Below the pieces are notes generated by a model. The model was given only the letters and a program-made list of their open reading frames with translations, searched no databases and had not been told where the DNA came from. From contig JAVECL010000006.1 of the NCBI GenBank assembly GCA_051942245.1, positions 114,134 to 134,133 of the forward strand: a stretch of DNA of 20,000 nt, in the 5' to 3' direction. Both the position numbers and the translations under genes were made by a program. This document shows positions 1 to 9,963 of this stretch, piece by piece. The stretch's first letter is position 1. Each line of letters opens with the position of its first letter. Origin of the DNA: Trypethelium eluteriae (taxonomy: Eukaryota).

Positions 1-752
1 TTGTTCGCTAGAGTGGGTTTGACGTAAGACAAATTCAACGTATTCGGCTCTTCGGGTAGTGTCGTCCAGTCTTTATCACTACCAGCGGCAATGTGCCTTA
101 ATGCTTCCTCAAATACCGTCGCAATTGCACCTCCATGAGCTACACCAGGCCATCCGCTGAGTCCCTGTCCGAACCACACGATCTTGACCAACTCGCCCTT
201 CTCCTCATTCCAAAAAGTCCTCTGAACGCCGAGACCCCGTGATCCAGACATTGCTGCCTTGGTCAATGATCTCACTGTGCTTTTTATAACATCCCTTCTC
301 CCATCATCCGATCTACCGCCCTGGCTACCTCCTTGTTGTTGTGTGTCATCCTTTGATCCTACATGTGCCAATTCTCTCCACTCATCATGATCCCTATGTC
401 TTTGCACAATTGCCAAATTGTCAATGTCCTTTTCCTTCTGCCTCAATATGATATCGTCTGCTGGAGTTCCAGGTTCAGGGGCGGCGGGTGGAACATAGGC
501 ATGACGGAGAACTTGACCGATCGTCAAGCCGAACAAAGTGAACGTTGCTGCATAGATATAGGTTCGAAGTGAAAGCGGTCGGCTCTGAGTGGAAGTGGTA
601 AAGCGCCGGCTTATTCGAAAGTGGATCGAGAAGCGTGGGAAGGAGGGCGGCAGAGGAAAAGGTGCTCGTGAATGTTGAATATGGCCCAAGGATCGATGAA
701 ATAGGGTCGTAGCTCGGGATGGGAGCTTTGATCGCGTCGCAGACATCATCAT
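1..752 (-). CDS. HotDog-fold thioesterase superfamily protein (Fmp10/THEM4-like), probably mitochondrial; 3' end lies beyond the left edge
   Basis: Stop-free minus frame from ATG at 752 (MMMSATRSKLPSRATTLFHRSLG...) to the window edge. The Arg/Ser-rich N-terminus lacks acidic residues, like a mitochondrial presequence. It is followed by a hydrophobic segment (YIYAATFTLFGLTIGQV) and the HotDog motif IVWFGQGLSGWPGVAHGGAIATVFEE, then LNLSYVKPT. Absent from the ORF track because no stop lies in the window. Confidence 0.88.
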   Translation of the reverse strand, partial: MMMSATRSKLPSRATTLFHRSLGHIQHSRAPFPLPPSFPRFSIHFRISRRFTTSTQSRPLSLRTYIYAATFTLFGLTIGQVLRHAYVPPAAPEPGTPADDIILRQKEKDIDNLAIVQRHRDHDEWRELAHVGSKDDTQQQGGSQGGRSDDGRRDVIKSTVRSLTKAAMSGSRGLGVQRTFWNEEKGELVKIVWFGQGLSGWPGVAHGGAIATVFEEALRHIAAGSDKDWTTLPEEPNTLNLSYVKPTLAN

Positions 753-2134
753 GTCATAATTGAGTCTCAATGATGCAGTAGAAAGCTGCAATGCGTGGTA
801 ATCATGGCGCGGATATCAGGCCATGATATCGCTTTGCATGTGAATTTGCATGATGTTTCTGTACCTAGCACAGGGAATCATCCCGCTAGTGCCATTCCAT
901 CTTGCTCGACCAGGACAAAATTTCGAAGGGCTGGTACTCCACTCCTTTCCCCCTACAAACGCCTTTGGGATTTTAATTTTCTGGGGTGTGTATGCGCCGA
1001 CAATATTTCGCTGGCGCTGATATTTCCTGTGACATGCCAACTTAAGATTAGTCAACGGCTTCAGTCGTGGAGAGTCGCTAGGACTCGGATTGCCCCTGGA
1101 TTACTCTATTGAAGCAAGACCAACGCTTGTAGTCGCGTTTCCTACTTCGCCATGGAGCTACATTAGACACAGCATAAAACACTCGAGGACAAAAATTTTA
1201 GAAAGAGATCACAGTATGGAGTAGGATGAGCCCAGTCATTCTACATAGGTATTCATGCTTTGAGTTGGGAGGAACTCGTACTCTGATGTTTTGCTTATAT
1301 CTGTCCAGCAGCTGTACACTATGCTTGCTCTATGCATTCTTTTCATGTCGAAGTTAATTTCAGATAAAATCTCTGCTATCTACAAACAGTTCCGCTTATT
1401 TCCGGAGTAAAACTCCGCAGGCAATTCCTCGGGCTTCATCGTTCTTAGATACTTTACCTGTATCAAGTCAACCCTTCCCTTCGAAGACAAACGTTGATGA
1501 CAGTGTATCTTGGTCTCCACGAGGACTAAGTCAAAACTTACTAAGACTACTAACTTTTCAGAACCCTGACAAAGTTTGTGAACTTCATTTCTTCAGAATT
1601 TCCGGTTTGCTTGTCAGATCCAGAATCTTATCATGCCTTGTGCGGTTTCGGGTCAAAATTCCTTTAATCACACTGTCCTATATCCATTTAATTATTCCGT
1701 ATATTCGAGATACCCACGCTTCTAAGACGGGAACGCGGAGGAGTGTGTCAAGCCTTTGGAGGGACTGCTTGCCGGCGGAAAGGAACAGAGATATGAGAAC
1801 TACCTCCAGTAGCCTATCGGCTCATCTTTAAGCCTCAAGCAGCAATCCCATTGAAAGATGCTGTTTGTTTGCCAGTGGCTTTGGAGCGTATTGCTGAAAG
1901 ATACGATCTTGAATGGGATTGATCCGAAAGTCTCGGAGACTTGAAATGCTCCCATTGATACTCCTTTTTTCCTCCGCAACATTGCCTTGCCCCACTTCCT
2001 ACCCCGCCATGATATGTCAACCGATTTCGGGTACCGCATGTCGCTCAGAATACCGATATTAGATCTTTCAGTCTATCTCGAATCATTTGTCCTTCATTCT
2101 TACTGACTCCCAATAGCATTTGCTTTATGCCAGA

Positions 2135-3725
2135 ATGAATTCGCATCAAAAAGTCACAGTCGCCGAGATTACCAAACACGCCAAGGTGGATGATTGTTGG
2201 GTTGTAATAAATGGAAAGGTCTATGATTTCACAGCGTTTGCACCAAACCATCCTGGAGGGCCAGATAGTAAGTACCGTTTCACGGCGATGTAGCGGGAAA
2301 TTTTGACTGAGCCTGCGCAGTGATCTATAAGTACGCTGGGAAAGACGGATCAAAGATGTATAATGAGTTCCATGCAGCAGACCTAATTGAAAATGAACTT
2401 TCGCCTTCAGAGAAGAAGGGTGACTTTGACGAAAGCACAATAACAGAGACTTGGATTACTGCGCAGAAGGAGGAAGTTGTATCGCAGCCAGCTCCAAATG
2501 AAAAACCCCCATTATCCACATTGATCAATCTGGACGACTTCGAACGCGCTTTCGAGAAGACAGGCTCTCAAAAATCTCAAGCTTACATATCTGGCGCTTC
2601 GAATGATCTTCTTACTCTCAATGCCAATAGAACATTGTGGCAAAAACTCTGGTTCCGTCCACGGGTCATGAGGAATGTTTCTAATGTCTCAACTAAAACG
2701 AGAATGATGGGCTGTGATGTGTCCATGCCAGTTTGGATATGTCCGATGGGCATTGGAAAGACTGCTGGCTCCGAAGGTGAAAAAGCTTTGGCTGGTGGTG
2801 CCGCGTCAAATGGGATCGTGCATTGCGTGTCGACTACGGCTTCATTTGGAGTGGAAGACATACTTGCATCGGCTCCAAGAACTTCACCATTCTTTTATCA
2901 GCTATACGTTGACAAGCAGCGTCATAAAACTGAGGAACTACTTCGAAAGTTGGACGGCATGCATCAAATAAAGGCTCTCTTCGTCACTGTCGATCTCGCA
3001 GTCGTTTCTAAAAGGGAGGCAGATGAGCGCATCCGTACTCAAGAGACTGTTTCGGTCTACTCGAAAATTACAAAATCATCGATTGACAAGAAAGGTGGAG
3101 GCTTAGCACGCAGCACTGGATCATTCATAGATCCAGCCTTGTCATGGAATGATCTTGACTGGATCCGCAGACACTCGAATCTCCCCATTATTGTCAAGGG
3201 TATCCAATCGTCTGCTGATGCAAAGTTAGCAATGGAGATGAGATGTGCTGGTATCGTGGTTTCGAATCACGGCGGTCGTGCACTGGATGGTTCTCCAGGA
3301 ACAGTACTGATTCTCTTAGAGATCAGAAGAGATTGCCCTGAGGTTTTTGGTAAGATGGAAGTCTTTATTGACGGCGGTATTAGGCGAGGCTCCGACGTTC
3401 TCAAAGCTATTTGTCTGGGTGCCAAGGGAGTCGGCGTTGGCCGGCCATTTCAGTGTTCCATCAGCTACGGGAGAGAAGGCGTAGAAGCCGTTGCCTCAAG
3501 TAAGCAAGAACCCAAGACGTCTGTAACGCCCATAAGCTAACAAAGTGCCTTGTTATAGTTCTACAAGACGAGATTGAAACTGCAATGCGCTTATGTGGTA
3601 TTGCTAATTTGGAGAGAATCCGAGGGGACGTTTCCTGGTTGAATACCTCAGAACTGGAAGTACTGCTACCGAAAAAGACAAGATCCTACCATTGGCTCTT
3701 GTCCAATATACGCCCGAGACTTTGA
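2135..3725 (+). CDS. Cytochrome b2-like protein: cytochrome b5 heme domain + FMN-dependent alpha-hydroxy acid dehydrogenase; exons 2135-2267, 2321-3499, 3559-3725
   Basis: Exon 1 MNSHQKVTVAEITKHAKVDDCWVVINGKVYDFTAFAPNHPGGPD carries the b5 HPGG motif. Intron 1 is GTAAGT(2268)...CTGAG...CAG(2320). Exon 2 has the second heme His (YNEFH), FYQLYV, TVD, IVKGI, catalytic SNHGGR and DGGIRRG. Intron 2 is GTAAGC(3500)...GCTAAC...TAG(3558). Exon 3 reads ILQDEIETAMRLCG...RPRL-stop. Splice phases are consistent. Confidence 0.93.
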
Positions 3726-3994
3726 TAGCCTAACCACACTTACACAAGGATCTTCCTGGAGATGATTTTAATCTGCTCAGCTAACAGTACAGGCTTCTTC
3801 GAGGCGAGACTCCGAGCGTTGCGTTTCGCTTCGAAGGTAACTTCATTGGATGATGGAGTCGTGGAGCCTGCTGTACGAGAACACTGTATACGTCCTACAT
3901 AAGAAGTTTTCGGAGCGACCATGAGTTGTAGTCTGTTGACTTAGAAACCGGGGTAACAAGAGAGCATACACAACAATGTAGGATCTTACGAATG

Positions 3995-6900
3995 CTATAA
4001 ACTACTCCTTCGCAGTACATTAAACCTCTCATAGATATGTTGACATCGTTCACTTCCATGTCCGAAAACCGTTTCTGCACCAGCAAGGGCGCGTGAATAC
4101 ATTTCCTCAGCTTCTTTTATTCTGCCTGTCCCCTCAAGCAGACGAGCTAGATTCTTTTCTGCAAAAAGCGCTGGTAAATAACTCTTTACTGCCTCTCGAC
4201 CCAATGCCTTCTCGAAGCCTTGCAGCGCTCGCTGGTATATCGTCTCCGCCATATCGAATCGTCCTGATTTCAAATAAACATTGCCTAAGTTATGGACTAT
4301 TGTGAGTGTTGATGTATGTGATGTTGTTCATGAAGTAGATCCAATTAACATAGCCTCGGAGGTGGTGTTTACCACATCTCACGCGCGCTCGGATCCCTTC
4401 ATGTAGATCCTTACGCCCTGTAGTTATCAGTTCATTTCCCTTCGCTCTCACCTAGATAGGGAGGTCTATATAGCAGCCTGCACCTCGGGCGACCTAGATA
4501 GGTCAATTGAGTTCTTTCCTCCGATTCAGTTGTTTGTTACAACATCAGTATGCTCCGGTTTTAACGCCTTCTCTTCGAGTTTCAGTGCCAGCTGTAACAT
4601 CTCCTCCGCTTCGCTAAGCCTTCCCTGCTCGCCATAAAGACCCCCAATACTATTTAAAGCCCGGTACTTGCCACGAGTGCCTCCTCCATTGTGAAAAATC
4701 TGAAGAAACCTATCTGCGTGTCGTAAAAGTCGTCGCTGAAATACCCAGGATCCCTGAGCTTCTCTTTTTAGGCTGTGCCTACCTATGCACTCTAGTGCAA
4801 GGCTCAGTAACCTATAATCCCACTTTTGATTTACTATATAAGACGTCTAGGAATGTACACAGCTGTGCATTCAATATCCCCGCGGCTTTACTCCGTTTTT
4901 TTTAGAAGAATGGTTAATTTCTACAAGTCCGTGGTGGTATACCACTCTTACCACCTTATTAAAGCTTAACTCATCCTTGGTTATTTTGCAAAACCATTCT
5001 GGCCCGCCACGTCTTTCTGCTTGTAGGATTTTAAACCATAAGTTCTGGTTGTTAAAATATACCCACAGTTTAAGTAGCATTGCTGAGTGTTTGTTTTGCT
5101 GCTTAATGTGGTCAAGCGATAGTTGCCATGTCAAGTATAGTTGACGGTTTTTATACGACTTAAGCTGGGGACTTATCTGTTGCAACTTTCGCCATGAATC
5201 TTCATATAGACGAAGATAGTCTGCAAAACTTGTTGACACCTAATTGAGGTAAGCCCCAGCTGTAGCCAAGGTTAGCGGGAGTCCATCTAGCTTTTTCGCA
5301 AGCCTGGCTGCAGCAGGGTCTGAGAATTATTGGCGCTGGTTCTGTTATAACAAGATCTGACTAACTATTACAGCTTCCCAATATGACGCATAAGACAAGA
5401 TCTGTAGGCTGTTGCGTATATCTTCTAGTTTTCTTACATGTATCTGCTGTCCTACCTTAACGTTTAATAATGTTATCATGATAATTATAGAGCCATGGTA
5501 TGACTTACGGAGAAACTGTTGAATATTAACTGCACTAGGATCCTTACTACCTAGAACCTTCAGGTTATTGTAGTTGTTAAACACCATCAACCACCGTGTA
5601 TTCTTGGCATGATCCAGCCACTATTTAACCGCTTTCACCATTTCGTCCAGCTGGCTATTATCTTTAACTGCACCTAATTGGCTAGCGGATGGGTGTTCCC
5701 TTCGGATCTGTCTTGCAATTTGGGAATAGCTCTGATTCGCCGAGAATTCGTCTTTAATATTAAGCTAAAATATTGCTGAGAAATCATTATGATGGGCCTT
5801 TGCATATGCAATCGCAAGCTGCGTTTTACTGATTCCGCCTAAGCCATGGAGGGTGACTGCTTAACAGCTAAAACCATCCCTGAGTATTTTCTGCATTTTG
5901 TCCAGCTCTTCTTGTTGGGCAACAAAATGGTCGGTCTCTAAAACCTCCGATAGACTAAAGACAATAAAGAAGCTCATCTCGGAGTTAATATAAGCTGTAA
6001 ATAAAGTTATTTAAATGTAAATAAGACTTGCATACATCCTGCTACATACCTGCATTAATCCTGTACTCCTCTTCTCACCTTTTAGTAATGGTTTTCTTTG
6101 CGTTTTAAATTATTAAACACAAATGCCCAGATATGATCCAATACCCACTATCTTCCTTTAATCTGAACTTGACTATATTAATATGGTCTGCGTGGATTGC
6201 AATTAACTCTGCGTTAAGTGCACCAGGCATTACAGCTGATGCTCACAGTATGATCTGTATACTTAATTTCTGCTGCATTTTATAGAGGAAATAAAACATA
6301 CCATAATTGAATGCCCCAGTATTGTTGGAATTTTATATTCCTTAAACGCAAATTTTGTCACAAAATCCCCGCTGATCAGTGTGTATTAACTGAGTTGTTG
6401 CTAAAGCTATTCTGAGTCTCACTTTAAATGCTTTAATAGCCTGTCATCTACCGCGGTAAAGACTGATGCTATATTAACCAAGACCTTTCCCAATTATACT
6501 CCACTACCGCCTTAATAAGGTGTACTTATGAACATAATTCCGTATGTCGATATCTTGATTGATTAGTGTTCTTCCAGTGCTCCTTTTCAAGCCGCGTCCG
6601 AGTGAATAAGGGCCCAGCCTAATCAGCTCCAAGTATAATAAAAAGAAAAAAAGCTAACGCTTTTAATAATAATCCCACCCAGATTATGCACCACAAAGAT
6701 TATCGGCCGTCATATTGTCTGCTGATCTTAGAAGTACGTTCACTAGCTGCAGCACTCCAACCTACATCTGTGAGACTTCTCTCGGAGCAAAGTTCCGAGA
6801 CCAACGTTGTCGCATGGCTATATAGGTATTGACAGCTCATGCGGCCACCGTGAGTATTCGCATCGTATCCCCAGCAGAAAATGCGCGCATTTGGAATGTC

Positions 6901-7225
6901 GCTTGAGAGAAGATCACGGAGCCAATGGACATTGTTCGCAGCTGTCCAAGTTTTATCGCGGTGTCCATTCAGTCCGTGGACGGCGATAATACTAAGAACA
7001 GTCAGGATAAGCCGTTGACGGGATAAGTAGCTTACTCTACAACCGGATCATCGCCTTCGACCACAACTTTGAGACCCAGGGGGGTTGCCTCGAGAGGCTC
7101 CTTTGAACAGCCGCTGGTCTGTTCAAATCGTCAGCCTAATAAGGGCACGGTGTAAGATTGACAACTACAGTGTCTTTAGGACGCTTTCGGAATGGATTCC
7201 ATCGCTGCATCCCAGACGGCGCCAT
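3995..7225 (-). pseudogene. Inactivated fungal NLR-like gene: SesB-like alpha/beta hydrolase - NB-ARC - TPR
   Basis: Clean 5' exons 7225-7169, 7118-7036 and 6991-6766 read MAPSGMQRWNPF...DIIAVHGLNGHRDKTWTAANNVHWLRDLLSSDIPNARIFCWGYDA. The gene continues RPIIFVVHNLGGIIIKS (nucleophile elbow), GIMFISTPY*GG, P-loop AVTLHGLGGISKTQLA (~5815-5860), a degraded Walker B (WLMVFNNYNN), GLPLTLATAG and TPRs (LNSIGGLYGEQGRLSEAEEMLQLAL; VHNLGNVYLKSGRFDMAETIYQRALQGFEKALG). There are many in-frame stops and an insertion at 4319-4547. Confidence 0.92.
4319..4547. mobile_element. Solo LTR (229 bp) of an LTR retrotransposon, inserted in the TPR region of the NLR
   Basis: TG...CA termini with a 9-bp terminal inverted repeat TGATGTTGT/ACAACATCA. 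Perfect 5-bp flanking direct repeat GTATG (4314-4318 and 4548-4552). Internal TATA-like TCTATATAG (~4465-4473). Removing the element plus one TSD restores the TPR linker PEHTSTLTIVHNLG in frame. Confidence 0.85.
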
Positions 7226-7655
7226 ATGTAGACAGTAAAAATTCGATATCGGCCAGACCAAAGAGTTAATGGAAGGAGTGCGGCCGTCTATCTTGCTGGG
7301 TAGCTAGCTTTGTAGTAATGTTCGATATTCAGCTGTGGCTGACCTGCATTACACAACCGCCAATCATGACGCTGCCATCTTGAGAGATAACTAGCCGCCT
7401 GACTGACCAATACTAACGCTGTTTATCCTTTGCATCCTGGCAATGAACTACTTGATTAAGTGATGGAAGGTCCTTTTGTCTAGTTCTTCTGGTTGAAGCT
7501 GGATACGAAACACTTTGGAGAGGTGCTTTCGAAAGGTTGACATGTGCCTGATATGGGATCACTATCTTCGGTTCGGACGAGCTTTGACAACCCATTCATC
7601 AATATCAACTATCGACACGTGTGAGACAAACTTCGTGTGAGTAAACCGACTGGCG

Positions 7656-9671
7656 TTACCAGAATAATGTTTCTTGTATTATCGCACCCGGGTTTCTACG
7701 AAGGACTTCGGTAAGTGGCCAACGTTTTGAGAAGAACACATCGGCTCTCTTTTCTCGTTGGTGGAATTGAAGTCCAAAACCAGAAATCCTCGAATCATGC
7801 GGTATGTCAGCGCAACAATTGACTTTCCCAAGACCATCTTCTTCGAGCTGCATCATTCGCTCCGCCACTTTCAATGCCAGAAGCCCGTCCCAAACACCTT
7901 CCTGTCTAGGCGTTGCGCGCCACAGAGTGATTGCTTTTCGTCTGATCTGTGGATCGCGACACCTCCGAACCACATGGAAAAGAGGTCCCGCAACCCCACT
8001 ATCAATGGAGAAGACGGGCACAGTTTTACCATTCATTTTGCAATTATACATTGGATCCTCAATAATCTGGGTTGCCAGGTCCGTAATCCGGCTGTACAAG
8101 TCGAGATGCTCGTCCCAGATCATTTCATTTGTTAGATTCGCGGCGGAAAACATGTCCAGAAAAACAAGGCAGCGTGCCTGTAACAGTCTTGTAGCCTGCG
8201 TTTCAACTGCGGACAATTTCGCTGTACTAGCCTGCAGGAACTCCTCAAATACGGTGAGCCAAGCATTTAGATCGGCCAGATGTCGACAACGCTCGACTTC
8301 TTGTTTCTCCGAATCCATATCGTTGGTGTTATTGGGCCGACCTTTTGATAAAAAATATATGCAATTTCTTTCTTGGTATTCTAGTGAAAGGCGTGCTTCT
8401 TGTATACTGCCAAATCTGGAAGGTATGCTTTCGCTAAAGCCGGGTTCCTTCTCTGAAAATGTAACGTAATCGAAAGGACCAGTATCTGCACCCAAGCGCA
8501 TACTCTGGCAATCGAATCGTGTAAAAATTACCTGAAGCATGCTGTATGGTATCATTGGCATAGTCGATATACTCAAAGGCATTGAGCGGTTGTGTTCGGA
8601 ACCTTTTCCAGTCCGCAGCTCACGCAGTATGTTGATCCCATTTTGCACGTGAGATAACGCGGATCCATGATGGCCTCGAAGAGTCTGATATCCGTGTCAG
8701 TGGCGCCATTAGGTCAATGTAGTCTCGTACCTCAAAGCAGGTAAATAATACACAGGCTATTAGAACAATATCAAGGGCTTGATGGCCTCGAGCTGATATG
8801 GGCTCGATCAAGCGACTTATAGCTGTAGTATACTGCTCAAGAGCGAAGCCACCATCAAATTTGCAGCGATTGGATCTCAGAATAGTTGGATCTTTGGCTT
8901 CAAATCTCTCATGCAATGAGCCTAGAGCAATGACGGCATGACGGACTGCAGGCTCGTGAATAACTGCGCGAAGAATGTAGCTGTTCCAGAAAGGTGAATC
9001 GAAAAACCCGGAAAGAGACGGAATTGTTCTTTCTCGAAAGTATTCGAAACTGCGAATTTCTTCAAGACTCATCAGAATCTTACTGATACTCGATATTTGT
9101 TGCAGAATTGGCGGTTCACGGGTTGAGGTGGTTGTCTTCGAATATGTGGCATTGGCAGGTAATGTAGCGGATTTCGATGATGAAAGCCGATTCGTGGTTG
9201 ACTTTCTTGGAGGAACAGGCCCGTAGCCATCGCAAATTCTTTCAGTACTTTCGCATCTGTTACAGATTGGCTTTCTTTCATCGCACTTGACGCGTCGAAT
9301 TCTGTGACCAAGACCATCGTTAGTACTAGAGCCTCAGTCATGTCATCCTTGCTGCAAAATGTTCTGAGAAATCGTTCTGGGAGATCGCATGCAACGATTC
9401 CGGAGAAGAAATTGAGTGGGAATTAAGCATTACCAAATTCACCATCTGCCGAGAAATAGTAGGGGTGCTAGATTATGACGTATACCAAGCTCCCCTTCAA
9501 CTTCGTTTTTGTTCGGTGGAGCAATGCTGCATCATTGGCTGTTGGAGTTTGTTCCTGACGGGCTTGTACAAGAAGGGCTTACCTGCAAGTGATGCATCCC
9601 GTCTTTACCTTGGGAGCAAAGATTTTCGTCCTCCTAAGGACCCTGTTCGTTCCTGCATTAGCGTCTTCCAT
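7656..9671 (-). CDS. Zn(II)2Cys6 fungal transcription factor with C-terminal fungal-specific TF domain; exons 9671-9583, 9301-8731, 8684-7656
   Basis: Spliced reading MEDANAGTNRVLRRTKIFAPKVKTGCITCR|IRRVKCDERKPICNRCESTERICDGY gives the complete six-Cys binuclear cluster across an intron (GTAAGC...CTAAC...CAG). Then EIRSFEYFRERT...EPAVRHAVIALGSLHE...ACVLFTCFE|TLRGHHGSALSHVQNG. The C-terminus includes FSIDSGVAGPLFHVVRRCRDPQIRRKAITLWRATPRQEGVWDG. No internal stops. Confidence 0.93.
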
Positions 9672-9949
9672 TGCGGACTTTGACCAATACAACGGAGATC
9701 GGTGTAGGATCGCGAGCGATACAATCACAATGAGACTCACACTTGTCAGAATCGCAGAGTTCCAAGGAATTTGTAGAAGTTCGACTGCTGTCAGGGTTTG
9801 GTATCATTATGTCACACAGGGTCCTTGCTGGATGTAGCGTATATTCAGCTGTCAAGGAGACTAACGTTGAAGACAAGGGCGCTGTCAACGGTGATTTGGT
9901 AGCGAATCATAGAATGGAATCTTGAAGGATTGAACGAGTAGTCAGAGTT

Positions 9950-9963
9950 GATTGGTCACGTCA
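9950..9963. promoter_or_regulatory. Candidate promoter element: CCAAT box abutting a CRE/E-box-like TCACGTCA
   Basis: GATTGGTCACGTCA lies ~280 bp upstream of the Zn2Cys6 gene start codon. Short motifs only, with no functional evidence. Confidence 0.25.

Noticed and set aside
363..572. Plus-strand 69-aa ORF
   Set aside because: Antisense shadow of the thioesterase gene.
795..2440. Short ORFs in and near the divergent intergenic region (795-1112, 816-1055, 1607-1831, 1800-2039, 1835-2020, 2045-2440)
   Set aside because: No domain-like content; they are promoter sequence or antisense to cytochrome b2 exon 1.
3500..3540. ORF-track C-terminus (SKQEPKTSVTPIS) of the 406-aa protein
   Set aside because: Read-through into intron 2; the real C-terminus is in exon 3.
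3780..3945. Branch/acceptor-like GCTAACAGTACAG followed by a short reading frame
   Set aside because: Lies after the dehydrogenase stop, contains a stop and has no recognisable homology; too weak to call an exon.
7758..8469. Plus-strand ORFs of 125 and 221 aa
   Set aside because: Antisense to exon 3 of the Zn2Cys6 gene.
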